Below are positions 27,086 through 35,503 of a stretch of 39,996 nt of DNA, piece after piece. The position numbers and the translations under genes are program-made. The stretch lies in the NCBI GenBank assembly GCA_964512085.1, contig CAZEIU010000002.1:1-39996 (forward strand), in the 5' to 3' direction. Origin of the DNA: an uncultured Candidatus Saccharibacteria bacterium (GTDB lineage Bacteria > Patescibacteriota > Saccharimonadia > CAILAD01 > BJGX01). Positions within the stretch are counted from its first letter, which is position 1, and the number at the start of each line of letters is the position of its first letter. Below the pieces are notes generated by a model. That model saw only the letters and a program-made list of their open reading frames with translations. It was not told the origin of the DNA and did no database searches.

Positions 27086-28216
27086 ATGCCACAAAAAGAA
27101 AATTCAAACAATCAAATAGAAAATCAATCTCAAAAAAGTCTTAGCTTAGTCTTTGTAGTGCTTGCTTGTCTGGTGGCTGGGTTTGTTGGAGCGGCTGCTT
27201 ATGGGTGGGTCTCGGCAAAACTACCAAACTCTCGTATAGCCAATACACAAAGCAAAAATGTGGTAGTGAGTGAACAAAATGCCACTATAGATATCGCCAA
27301 AAAAGTTGGCCCAAGTGTCGTGAGTATTACGAGCTCAAGCTCTGGCCAAGATGTATTTGGTAGAGCTACCCAGCAACAAGCAGCCGGTACAGGAATAGTC
27401 TTAAGTGCAAACGGATTAATACTTACCAATAAGCACGTAGTAGAAGGCGGAAGTGCTTTTGTAGTCACTACTTCAGATCAAAAACAATACAAAGATGCCA
27501 AGGTGGTTGCTACCGATCCAAGTAACGACATTGCGTTTATAAAGGTAGATGCCAGTGGTCTTAAGCCAGCAGAGCTAGGAGATAGTAGCAAGGTAGAGAT
27601 TGGCTCTTTTGTTGTAGCTATTGGCAATGCCTTAGGCGAGTTTCAAAACACCGTAACTACTGGGGTTATCTCGGGCAAAGGCCGTCCGGTAACAGCTGCA
27701 TCTGGAGATTCGGCCGAGAAATTGCAAAATCTATTTCAAACTGACGCTGCAATTAACCCCGGCAACTCTGGTGGCCCGCTGGTGAATATTGACGGTCAAG
27801 TAATTGGTATTAACACTGCAGTAGCCGGCCAAGGCTCAGAAAATATTGGTTTTGCCATACCTATTAATGAAGCCAAGCGAGATATTGAGACAGTCGAAAA
27901 AGGTCAACAAATCAAACGTGCCTATCTAGGCGTAGCCTATGTAATGTTAAACTCAGAGCTCGCTCAAGAAAATAATATTAAAGTCGACAAAGGCGCTTAT
28001 ATTTCTAATACCGGCGCTAATCAAGATAGCCCTGCGCAATCAGCGGGTCTAAAAACTGGTGATGTGATAATAAAAATTGATAATACTGAACTTACCGAAG
28101 ACAACAACTTAAGTAGCGTAATAGCTTCATATAATCCGGGCGACACTGTAACAGTTACTTTTGTAAGAGACGGCAAAGAACAAACTGTCAAAGTTAAACT
28201 TGGCCAAAAAACCTAG
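27086..28216 (+). CDS. htrA: HtrA/DegP-family serine protease with a PDZ domain
   Basis: Catalytic triad contexts 'TNKHVV', 'NDIAFIKV' and 'GNSGGPLV'. C-terminal PDZ ('AGLKTGDVIIKIDN'). Confidence 0.9.
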   Translation: MPQKENSNNQIENQSQKSLSLVFVVLACLVAGFVGAAAYGWVSAKLPNSRIANTQSKNVVVSEQNATIDIAKKVGPSVVSITSSSSGQDVFGRATQQQAAGTGIVLSANGLILTNKHVVEGGSAFVVTTSDQKQYKDAKVVATDPSNDIAFIKVDASGLKPAELGDSSKVEIGSFVVAIGNALGEFQNTVTTGVISGKGRPVTAASGDSAEKLQNLFQTDAAINPGNSGGPLVNIDGQVIGINTAVAGQGSENIGFAIPINEAKRDIETVEKGQQIKRAYLGVAYVMLNSELAQENNIKVDKGAYISNTGANQDSPAQSAGLKTGDVIIKIDNTELTEDNNLSSVIASYNPGDTVTVTFVRDGKEQTVKVKLGQKT

Positions 28217-28230
28217 TTTTAGCACTACGC

Positions 28231-29049
28231 TTATTGGTTTTGAAAACCCAAAATAAAATAATCTTCAAATATAGCTTTTAAGCCAATAGACTCAGCCAAG
28301 TCTTTTAAGCTTTGATGTTGCCAAGGGTCAGACTCATGATAAACCAGCGCATTAGATTTAATATGTTTTGGCAATTGCTCATAAAACTTTCTATACAGTT
28401 CTAGCCCGTCGCCTTTACCACCAAACAGCGCAATGGCTGGTTCGTTTTGCACCTCTGGTTTCATTTTGCCTTTATAGTCTAGTGATACGTAGGGCAAATT
28501 TGTGACTACTACGTCGTATTTATTTTGTATCTTTGAGAATAGATCAGACTCTACAAACTCAATTGAATTAGGCGTTAATAACTGCTCAGCATTTCTATGA
28601 GCAACCTTTAGTGCATCGGCTGATATCTCGGTAGCAGTTATACTTATGTCTGGTCGGTATTTGGCTATTGCAACTGCGATAGCCCCAGAGCCAGTACCGA
28701 TGTCAATTAGGGTGCTATTACGAGGCGCCATTTTTATTACTTGTTCTACGATGGTTTCGGTCTCGACTCTAGGGGATAAGACTCTATTGTCTATATAAAA
28801 CTCAAGGCCATAAAATTCTAATTTGTTGGTAATGTAACAAACTGGTTCTCTTTGGAGTCTTCGCTCAATTAGTTCATTAAAGCGATTAACTTGCTTGGGG
28901 CTCAACTCTTGTTCGACATGAGCAATAAGATATTCTTTGGGCTTAGCAAGCAAATAAGCCATTAAAAGTTGAGCATCTAATTGAGCCGAATGAATGCCCG
29001 CGTTTTTTAATCGCTTGCTAGCTTGAGATATTTGATTAGCTATTGTCAT
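28231..29049 (-). CDS. prmC: Release-factor glutamine N5-methyltransferase PrmC/HemK
   Basis: SAM motif '[12 protein letters not shown]' and the catalytic 'VTNLPYV' (an NPPY variant). It overlaps prfA by 14 nt, the classic prfA-prmC arrangement. Confidence 0.85.
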   Translation of the reverse strand: MTIANQISQASKRLKNAGIHSAQLDAQLLMAYLLAKPKEYLIAHVEQELSPKQVNRFNELIERRLQREPVCYITNKLEFYGLEFYIDNRVLSPRVETETIVEQVIKMAPRNSTLIDIGTGSGAIAVAIAKYRPDISITATEISADALKVAHRNAEQLLTPNSIEFVESDLFSKIQNKYDVVVTNLPYVSLDYKGKMKPEVQNEPAIALFGGKGDGLELYRKFYEQLPKHIKSNALVYHESDPWQHQSLKDLAESIGLKAIFEDYFILGFQNQ

Positions 29050-30103
29050 TATCTTGAAGGGCCTTGGCTATATCGGCGTCTTGCAAGGCATTGAATAATT
29101 TGTCGAGATCGCCATCTAACACTTTGGCAATGCCATGAGTTGTAAAACCAATTCTATGGTCTGTAATACGATCTTGAGGAAAATTGTATGTTCTTATTTT
29201 TTCAGATCTATCACCAGTACCAATTTGTGATCGACGATTTTGGCCGAGTTCTTCGGCTTCTTTTTGAGCTCTAAGATCGAGCAGGCGAGAGCGTAAAACG
29301 TTCATGGCCTTGAGCTTATTTTTGAGCTGAGATTTTTCGTCTTGGCAGGTAGCCACTATGCCGGTAGGTATGTGAGTGATGCGCACTGCGCTGTCGGTGG
29401 TGTTTACACTCTGCCCACCATGGCCTCCACTACGAAAGACATCTATTCGTAGTTCGGCTGGGTTAATCTCTATGTCGGCTTCTTCGGCCTCGGGTAGTAC
29501 GGCCACGGTTGCTGTGCTGGTATGAATACGGCCAGCGCTCTCAGTAGCTGGTATGCGCTGCACCCTATGTACGCCACTTTCATATTTGAGCTTACCATAA
29601 GCATTTGCTCCGCTTACAGTAATAATAACTTCTTTATAGCCTCCATTGGCATTTGCACTCTCGCTTAATAGCTCAACTTTGAGGCTATGGGTTTCGGCAT
29701 AGCGCATATACATTCTAAGTAGCTCTGCTGCAAACAGGCTTGATTCGTCGCCACCAGCTCCAGCCCTAATCTCTACGATGGCGTTTTTGCTATCATTGGG
29801 GTCAGTGGGCAATAGGGCTTTTTGAGCCTCGGCTTGTAGTTTAGTCAGCTGTGGCTCAAGCTCACTAATGGTCTCGGTAGCTAGTTCTTTCATTTCGTTA
29901 TCATTGAGCATTGTTTTAGCGTCTTCAATTTCTTGCTCGAGTTTTTGGATTCTACTAAATAGATCGATCTTTTCTTGTAAATCTCTTTGTTTGTTTACCA
30001 AAGCACCAGCATTGGGGCTAGTATATACCTCGGGTTGAGATAGTTCTTCTTCTACCTTACGAAGCTCGGTTGTTAAATTGTTGATTTTTTCAGTGTAATC
30101 CAT
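29036..30103 (-). CDS. prfA: Peptide chain release factor 1
   Basis: '[17 protein letters not shown]' (the PxT tripeptide of RF1) and '[10 protein letters not shown]' (GGQ). Confidence 0.92.
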   Translation of the reverse strand: MDYTEKINNLTTELRKVEEELSQPEVYTSPNAGALVNKQRDLQEKIDLFSRIQKLEQEIEDAKTMLNDNEMKELATETISELEPQLTKLQAEAQKALLPTDPNDSKNAIVEIRAGAGGDESSLFAAELLRMYMRYAETHSLKVELLSESANANGGYKEVIITVSGANAYGKLKYESGVHRVQRIPATESAGRIHTSTATVAVLPEAEEADIEINPAELRIDVFRSGGHGGQSVNTTDSAVRITHIPTGIVATCQDEKSQLKNKLKAMNVLRSRLLDLRAQKEAEELGQNRRSQIGTGDRSEKIRTYNFPQDRITDHRIGFTTHGIAKVLDGDLDKLFNALQDADIAKALQDNDNS

Positions 30104-30192
30104 AGTTGTTTACTTAATAAAAAATACTGTTTCTATTATACTTTTGTTGCTACCATGTAGGCAAAAATATCAATTAAAAAACAGTATTTTAG

Positions 30193-30519
30193 TTATTTAT
30201 CGTCGGTTTTGAGCTTCTTAAGGGCTGCTTTGGTGTCAACTTTGGTTGACTCTTTAGTAGACTTAGATTTTTTAATAGCTTTTTGAGCTTTTTTCGACAA
30301 GGCTTCTTTTTTGGCTTCGGCGGCAGCAGTTTTGGCTCTAAATCGATCAACTCTACCAGCGGTGTCAACTAATTTTTGTTTGCCAGTATAGAATGGGTGA
30401 CAATTGCTGCAAACATCAACATTCATTTCGCTTACAGTAGAATACGACTCAAAGCTCGTACCGCAACCGGCACAAGTAACTTTGGTTTTCTTATATTCTG
30501 GATGAATTTTAGTTTTCAT
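30193..30519 (-). CDS. rpmE: 50S ribosomal protein L31 (Zn-ribbon type) with a Lys-rich C-terminal tail
   Basis: '[20 protein letters not shown]...[13 protein letters not shown]'. Confidence 0.9.
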   Translation of the reverse strand: MKTKIHPEYKKTKVTCAGCGTSFESYSTVSEMNVDVCSNCHPFYTGKQKLVDTAGRVDRFRAKTAAAEAKKEALSKKAQKAIKKSKSTKESTKVDTKAALKKLKTDDK

Positions 30520-30560
30520 ATCTTAGTTATGATAACAGATTATTACTACTATTTCAATAT

Positions 30561-30584
30561 AAAAACCCCTTCAATTTGAAGGGG
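30561..30584 (-). terminator. Rho-independent terminator of the hydrolase operon
   Basis: CCCCTTCA (30566-30573) pairs with TGAAGGGG (30577-30584). The T-run is on the - strand. Confidence 0.65.
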
Positions 30585-30591
30585 TATAAAA

Positions 30592-31791
30592 TTAGTTAGA
30601 ATTCATGTGTTCTAGAGCTCTCTCTACATAATGCTCTACAGTAGAAATTCCGTCTGATCGACCAAGGGCGCGGGGGTCTCCCACGGCACCGGGTCCGGCA
30701 AACCACGCAACAGCTACATCGTGCCAATTACCAAATCTGGAGTAGTACTCAGTCATCTTGTGGGCAACAACTCTATTTTGGTTGTCTGGCGATTGTTCGG
30801 CATCAGCTGGTAGGCCAGCTTCTTGAGCCCAGTTTGGCCAGTTGTCTGGCATAACTTGCCAACGGCCGTGAGCGCCAGTGGTGTCATTATGGGCTTCGTA
30901 TCCACCTGCAGTATCAGATTCGTTGTAAGCAATAGCATCCATAAAGTCTAAAAGCTGCAAATTGAACTGATCGGCTACAGCCGTGGGCGACACCGTAGTG
31001 CCGCTAGGCTGAAACAGCGGTCGATTGTCTGACACAGACCTACTACCACTAAAGCCGTTGGCTTGAGCGTGAGACTTGTCCCAGCCGTTTCGACAACTGT
31101 CATCTCCAAAACATCCACCCCAAGTTAAACCATTACTGCGTACTATTTGGCCATAAATTTGCCAGTAATGAATATCGTCTATAATTTGGCCGTTCTTAAC
31201 GGGCCAAGCATCAAAAGCCAAGCCATAATTGTGAGCACTCTCGCCGGGTCCGGCTTGAGTATATTGCTGGCAATGGGGTTCGTCAGGAACTCGCCCAACA
31301 GCCTGTAGCGTTGTTGCTAGATCCGGTCTATTATACTCAAACTCGAGCTCATGAGCCTTGCTCTGAATCTGCTCGATAGATCGACAATGCCGATAAATCT
31401 GAGCTTGAGAGGCAATGCTACGATAACTACTAGTAATGTATAGCCTTGTACCGTCATTGGTAGCCTGCTCAAATTGAGTACGAATATTCTCAAACTTAGA
31501 TTGCATCTCAGCTGTAAGACCATTAAGGCAGTAATCTTCGGTGCTCCAATCTGGTGCACCAGAAGTAGCGTTGCTACAGGTGCCATCGCTAGACGTATCG
31601 CCAGAAGGCGGTACATTTGGTTCGGCTACAGCCTCAGGATTGGCGTCAGAATGTCTACGTGGTTCGGCCTCGGAGACCTGAACGCCATTAGTGAAGCGCG
31701 AGACAGCAAAAAGAATAAGCAGAATAGGCAATACATATCTTAGTAACTTCATATTGCTATTGCTAGACGAAGAACTTCGATTTTCAGACAT
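30592..31791 (-). CDS. Secreted bifunctional peptidoglycan hydrolase: M15 (VanY-like) metallopeptidase domain plus lysozyme-like/lytic transglycosylase-like domain
   Basis: Signal anchor 'LLRYVLPILLILFAV'. M15 Zn motifs 'ESAHNYGLAFD' and 'WDKSH'. The C-terminal 'AYNESD...GRWQVM' resembles the SLT catalytic Glu and G-x-x-Q. Confidence 0.75.
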   Translation of the reverse strand: MSENRSSSSSNSNMKLLRYVLPILLILFAVSRFTNGVQVSEAEPRRHSDANPEAVAEPNVPPSGDTSSDGTCSNATSGAPDWSTEDYCLNGLTAEMQSKFENIRTQFEQATNDGTRLYITSSYRSIASQAQIYRHCRSIEQIQSKAHELEFEYNRPDLATTLQAVGRVPDEPHCQQYTQAGPGESAHNYGLAFDAWPVKNGQIIDDIHYWQIYGQIVRSNGLTWGGCFGDDSCRNGWDKSHAQANGFSGSRSVSDNRPLFQPSGTTVSPTAVADQFNLQLLDFMDAIAYNESDTAGGYEAHNDTTGAHGRWQVMPDNWPNWAQEAGLPADAEQSPDNQNRVVAHKMTEYYSRFGNWHDVAVAWFAGPGAVGDPRALGRSDGISTVEHYVERALEHMNSN

Positions 31792-31792
31792 A

Positions 31793-32407
31793 TCAATCAG
31801 TCTGCATTGGCAATGCTAGGGCTGGATCAACACTATTGTCGCTACGCGAGAACTTGTTGCGAACGAAGGCAATTGGTCTTGGCTCCCAATCCTCATCGGG
31901 CGAAATTGCCTTAATGCCATGAATCAGCACTAGATCGTTAAACGAGCAAAACATCACTACCGTAAGCCACAGCACAAGCCACTGAATACTAAACTCGTGC
32001 GGAAAAAGATTAATTGGCTTTTCACCTGGTAGCCACTTGAGTACAATCGATCCATCAAAAAGGGCGTCGATAGTAAAGAATAGAGCAAATACCATAGTGG
32101 CAAGCCTACGCTGTACCTCGGGCATCTCTTTATTGGCAATCCAAATTACGCCAATAAAAGTCTGAATACCAGACATTACGATACTCATTACCAAAGTAAT
32201 TGTAGTGGGCTCTACTCGGTATCCACCGGCTCGCACTGGCGTCTTAATAATGGTATTAAGCGCAGCCGAACCGACAAAGACATCGAGCCAAATCAGACCA
32301 ATAATCACTGCCAAAATAATTGGGTATCTCGAAATTTTAATAATCATACGACAAAACCAACCAAAAAACGGACCAGTACCCAATACACTTTTGTTGCTGG
32401 TACTCAT
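31793..32407 (-). CDS. 4-TM membrane protein (holin-like position), immediately upstream of the hydrolase
   Basis: Its stop lies 1 nt from the hydrolase ATG. It has four hydrophobic helices. The ATG at 32407 is preferred over the TTG at 32455. Confidence 0.55.
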   Translation of the reverse strand: MSTSNKSVLGTGPFFGWFCRMIIKISRYPIILAVIIGLIWLDVFVGSAALNTIIKTPVRAGGYRVEPTTITLVMSIVMSGIQTFIGVIWIANKEMPEVQRRLATMVFALFFTIDALFDGSIVLKWLPGEKPINLFPHEFSIQWLVLWLTVVMFCSFNDLVLIHGIKAISPDEDWEPRPIAFVRNKFSRSDNSVDPALALPMQTD

Positions 32408-32509
32408 GTTCTGCTCTCTTTCTTGGAGTCGATGACATGCTCTTTGAGCCCTCAAATAAATAGGGCAAAAAGTCTTCGCTATATTATCATAATAAGGTCA
32501 AATAGTCAA

Positions 32510-32857
32510 CTATTTGGCAGCTTCGGGCTTGCCAATTTTGGCGCTTAGTACTACAGCTCTAGTTTCGCCCAAGTCGTCGGTTACTTGAGTGGCATTAGTT
32601 TCTCGATAGTGACTTATGAGGTAGTGACTCAATATCTCTTGAAGATCCTTGAGCTTTATTCTTTCGTCATCAAGATCGGCACTGACTTTTTGGTAATCTT
32701 TATCATCGAGCAAAGCTTTTTTGGCAGCCAAACGTTTTTCGCTTAAGGCCTTTATTTCGTCGGCTAAACGCTTGTATTCATCGTTTTGTTCCATTACGTC
32801 TTTGAGCTGTTCACGCAGGGTTTTGACATTATTTTGAGCCTCTCGTATCTCGGGCAT
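32510..32857 (-). CDS. Coiled-coil protein (115 aa)
   Basis: Heptad-like, Glu/Lys/Leu-rich sequence. It is the first gene of the minus-strand string. Confidence 0.5.
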   Translation of the reverse strand: MPEIREAQNNVKTLREQLKDVMEQNDEYKRLADEIKALSEKRLAAKKALLDDKDYQKVSADLDDERIKLKDLQEILSHYLISHYRETNATQVTDDLGETRAVVLSAKIGKPEAAK

Positions 32858-32931
32858 TAAGTGCTGAATTGCTTCAAGCGGTGTGCGGTCTTCTATGGCA
32901 TCCTCCTAAATAAGTTATGTATAAGAATTTG

Positions 32932-32960
32932 ATTATAGCAACTGAGCAGTTGCTACTCAA
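32932..32960 (-). promoter_or_regulatory. Minus-strand promoter (TTGAGT-17 nt-TGcTATAAT) whose spacer is an 18-bp perfect palindrome (32937-32954)
   Basis: The reverse complement of 32932-32937 is TATAAT, with TG at the extended -10 position. AGCAACTG-AG-CAGTTGCT at 32937-32954 fills the -35/-10 spacer. Confidence 0.45.
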
Positions 32961-32978
32961 TACTTATACTGCTAAAGC

Positions 32979-33007
32979 TTGCAAATATAATACAACTAGT
33001 ATATAAT
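32979..33007 (+). promoter_or_regulatory. Sigma-70-type promoter (TTGCAA-17 nt-TATAAT) for the Zn-ribbon gene
   Basis: TTGCAA at 32979-32984 and TATAAT at 33002-33007. Confidence 0.5.
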
Positions 33008-33052
33008 GTGGGCAATTCGCACCTTGCAAAAAATTCGACCAAAGGAGTGGGA

Positions 33053-33418
33053 ATGAGTAGCATTAGAGCTTCGTGCCCAAACTGCAACGAAGTTGAATTT
33101 ACTACTCAAGATATCGTTGTAAGTCTAGTTTGTCTAGATAATGGCGAAGGTATTTACAAATTTGTATGTCCAGAATGTGGCCTGTCTGTCTCAAAGTCGG
33201 CATCGGCGCGCACCATCGATCTATTGGTAGCAGCTGGAGTCGAAGTTCAAGGCACGGTTGACAAGTGGACCAAAAAGAATCAATATCCAGAACATTTGCA
33301 TCCTAGCCAAATAAACAAACCGCCAATTGACCTGCAGGATGTAATCTTATTTGAGTCTCTTCTTGATGCAGAAGATGAAACAGTTTGGTTTAATGAATTA
33401 ATTGATAGTCTAGAATAA
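33053..33418 (+). CDS. Zn-ribbon protein (121 aa), unknown function
   Basis: RBS AAGGAG lies upstream of the ATG at 33053. 'CPNC...(about 30 aa)...CPEC' gives four Cys ligands. Acidic C-terminus. Confidence 0.55.
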   Translation: MSSIRASCPNCNEVEFTTQDIVVSLVCLDNGEGIYKFVCPECGLSVSKSASARTIDLLVAAGVEVQGTVDKWTKKNQYPEHLHPSQINKPPIDLQDVILFESLLDAEDETVWFNELIDSLE

Positions 33419-33422
33419 TTTA

Positions 33423-33449
33423 CCCTTATCAAAATTGATAAGGGTTTTT
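33423..33449 (+). terminator. Rho-independent terminator
   Basis: CCCTTATCA (33423-33431) pairs with TGATAAGGG (33436-33444), followed by TTTTT. The tail reads TTTTTACTTA. Confidence 0.7.
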
Positions 33450-33454
33450 ACTTA

Positions 33455-34153
33455 CTAAATCCTAGCTTGGGCTTTGCGAGCGATTGCCATAATAGTCTCT
33501 ACGTCATCGGTGATGGTATATAGGCTAGTGTCCTCGGGGTCGATAGTTTGCATGTCTTCGGCCAGCATTTGCGAGCGGTGTAAGCCCATATCTATAGGCT
33601 CCCAAAACTTAGCACCAACGCATACAATCGGAACTTGGTGAATTTTTTGGTTTTGAACCAATGTTAATATTTCATAAAACTCGTCTAATGTACCAAAACC
33701 ACCCGGAAAAAATATATACATTCGGGCCGAAAAAGCCAGCGCGACCTTTCGAGTAAAAAAGTAATGAAAGGGTATAGAGGCGGTTTGGTATTTATTAGCA
33801 GCTTGCTCGTGTGGCAATTGGATATTTAGCCCTAGAGAGTGTCCACCGGCTTCTTGAGCGCCACGGTTGGCGGCTTCCATTATGCCCGGACCGCCACCGG
33901 TAAGGATTGTGTAGTTAAGCTCTTTTACTAATCTCGAGGCTAATTCGCGAGCTTTTATGTATAGGGGGTTTTCGGCTGTAAAACGAGACGATCCAAATAT
34001 AGTTATTTTTTTGGGGTAACGGGAGATTATGCTTAAGCCTTGAGTAATTTCTTCGTTGATAAGACAAATTTTTGACTCCGTAGAATCGGTATTATTGGGG
34101 TCGCAAGCATGCATTATTTCATCGAGAGTATGGGCTTTGGCGATATCCTTCAT
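33455..34153 (-). CDS. LOG-family (TIGR00730-type) nucleotide 5'-monophosphate nucleosidase/'lysine decarboxylase-like' protein
   Basis: 'ITIFGSSRF', 'GGGPGIMEAANRGA' and 'PGGFGTLDEFYE'. The ATG at 34153 is preferred over the TTG at 34201. Confidence 0.85.
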   Translation of the reverse strand: MKDIAKAHTLDEIMHACDPNNTDSTESKICLINEEITQGLSIISRYPKKITIFGSSRFTAENPLYIKARELASRLVKELNYTILTGGGPGIMEAANRGAQEAGGHSLGLNIQLPHEQAANKYQTASIPFHYFFTRKVALAFSARMYIFFPGGFGTLDEFYEILTLVQNQKIHQVPIVCVGAKFWEPIDMGLHRSQMLAEDMQTIDPEDTSLYTITDDVETIMAIARKAQARI

Positions 34154-34194
34154 ATTTATAATTGTAATGCTTAATATTATGGTTGCCAAGTGAA

Positions 34195-34223
34195 TTGACA
34201 AATATAGGATATTCTGATAACAT
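34195..34223 (+). promoter_or_regulatory. Candidate promoter of the DGQHR gene (TTGACA-17 nt-TAACAT); its -35 overlaps the -35 of a divergent LOG promoter
   Basis: TTGACA at 34195-34200. On the opposite strand TTGTCA is the reverse complement of 34196-34201, with TAATAT 16 nt downstream. Confidence 0.35.
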
Positions 34224-34340
34224 TCCTAAGACGCCACGACAGGTGTGGGCTGGTAAAGCACGTTCACTCAGCTGCTTGTAAAACCATCCATGCGCACTTT
34301 GTCTTGGTAGGTAGTACCCTACAGTTCGATGGAGGATCGA

Positions 34341-35375
34341 ATGGGTAAGGAAGAAGTTCAGAGGTTCAAGTTCAATCTGCTTACTCAACGTTCTATTCCG
34401 GTCTATTCTTTTGTAATGAGCGCTAATGATTTGATTAATCTTGCCCGTGTTGATAGGTTTGGCGAGTCCTCGGACGGCGTAAACCGTAAGCTCAATGAAA
34501 AGCACGCTCTCGATATTGCTCAGGCGATGATTGACGGCGAAGCCGCCATGATGCTTGATGCTATCTGTGGCGACTTGCAGGGTAATTGGGAAATCTCTAA
34601 CGGATTCTTGGTGCCTAGTGAAGATGCATTTTTGTCTATCGACGATGGCCAGCACCGTTGGTATGCAGTGACGGAGCTTCTTGTGCCCGAAGAGCGGGAA
34701 CGCTGGAGCTTTAACGTTGTTGCAACCATGGGTCTTGATCTGGTTACTCGACTGAGGATCTTTCGACAGCAGAAGATGCGCAAGCCAATCGATTCTCGAC
34801 TGGATCTTGCTCAGCGTCATGTACTCGATGAGTGGCGTAGTGAGGCCGAGAGAGAAGCCTACAATCTTATTCTGGTACTTAACTCTGAGACTGGATCGCC
34901 TCTCAAGGGCATGATCGTACTCGAGGAGACTGTTAAGCGCCCCTACGAACATCAGCATCGTGTGGCAGGTATTAACGCCAATGGTTTGTGGCAGAGTATG
35001 AAGTCGGTTATGGGTAAAAACTCACCGCTTTTCTCTCTTTCGATTGAGAAGCGCGTAGAGGTTATTCGTAACATGATTTTGTTGGCTTCGGAAACCTGGC
35101 CTACAGCGTGGGGATCTGATGAGCACATTCTATCTACTGCACGCGGCATTAACGCCGTGCTGATGCTGATGGTTTCTAGCCCAGAGTTCCGTGGCGTAAT
35201 TGGTGATGATTTCAGGGTTGAATCCCTGCGTAGAGCTTTTCAGATGGCCAAGCGCTTTAGCTGGAAAGCTTCTGCTCATAAAAACGCCAGCGTGCGTGAA
35301 ATTACCGACGGTCTAAATCAGGCCATTAAGTCTGGTCGTGCCCGCCAGGGTACTGCCGATACGATTTTAGCCTAG
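34341..35375 (+). CDS. DGQHR-domain protein (DndB-like, ParB/Srx-fold)
   Basis: 'SIDDGQHRW', with DGQHR encoded at 34644-34658. The N-terminal 'VNRKLNEKHALDIAQAM' is typical of this family. GGAGG at 34331-34335 lies 5 nt upstream of the ATG at 34341; an alternative ATG is at 34329. Confidence 0.8.
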   Translation: MGKEEVQRFKFNLLTQRSIPVYSFVMSANDLINLARVDRFGESSDGVNRKLNEKHALDIAQAMIDGEAAMMLDAICGDLQGNWEISNGFLVPSEDAFLSIDDGQHRWYAVTELLVPEERERWSFNVVATMGLDLVTRLRIFRQQKMRKPIDSRLDLAQRHVLDEWRSEAEREAYNLILVLNSETGSPLKGMIVLEETVKRPYEHQHRVAGINANGLWQSMKSVMGKNSPLFSLSIEKRVEVIRNMILLASETWPTAWGSDEHILSTARGINAVLMLMVSSPEFRGVIGDDFRVESLRRAFQMAKRFSWKASAHKNASVREITDGLNQAIKSGRARQGTADTILA

Positions 35376-35389
35376 TAGTTACATTACCA

Positions 35390-35413
35390 AGCTCTCCCTT
35401 TTGGAGGGCTTTT
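35390..35413 (+). terminator. Rho-independent terminator
   Basis: GCTCTCC (35390-35396) pairs with GGAGGGC (35402-35408), followed by TTTTT. The tail reads TTTTTACTTA. Confidence 0.65.
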
Positions 35414-35431
35414 TACTTATAAGTTAATTTA

Positions 35432-35460
35432 TTTGACCATTAAGCTAATAATTGTTAGAA
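35432..35460 (+). promoter_or_regulatory. Sigma-70-type promoter (TTGACC-17 nt-TAGAAT) for the 445-aa gene
   Basis: TTGACC at 35432-35437 and TAGAAT at 35455-35460. GGAGGA lies 6 nt upstream of the TTG start at 35504. Confidence 0.5.
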
Positions 35461-35503
35461 TACCTGTCGGGTTGTACCTTGAACCTCGATTGGAGGACGG
35501 AAC

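Noticed and set aside
33008-33052. GTG 33008 start for the Zn-ribbon gene, and similar long-ORF starts at 32455 (TTG), 34201 (TTG), 24879 (TTG) and 17463 (TTG)
   Set aside because: In each case a downstream ATG gives a better gene model. Some have a better RBS (33053), some fit the family N-terminus better, and in some the upstream start codon overlaps a predicted promoter element.
34300-34340. 'cagttcgatgg' resembling a tRNA T-loop (GTTCGAT) just upstream of the DGQHR gene; considered as a possible tRNA or integration site
   Set aside because: I could not build an acceptor, D or anticodon stem around it, and the flanking arms do not pair. It is better explained as 5'-UTR/RBS sequence.
34119-34958. 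279-aa ORF on the minus strand, overlapping the DGQHR gene antisense and the 5' end of the LOG gene
   Set aside because: The translation is Arg/Ser/Leu/His-rich and low-complexity-like, with no motifs. It has no RBS, and it overlaps two genes that both carry strong family signatures. It is most likely an antisense artefact of locally higher GC content.
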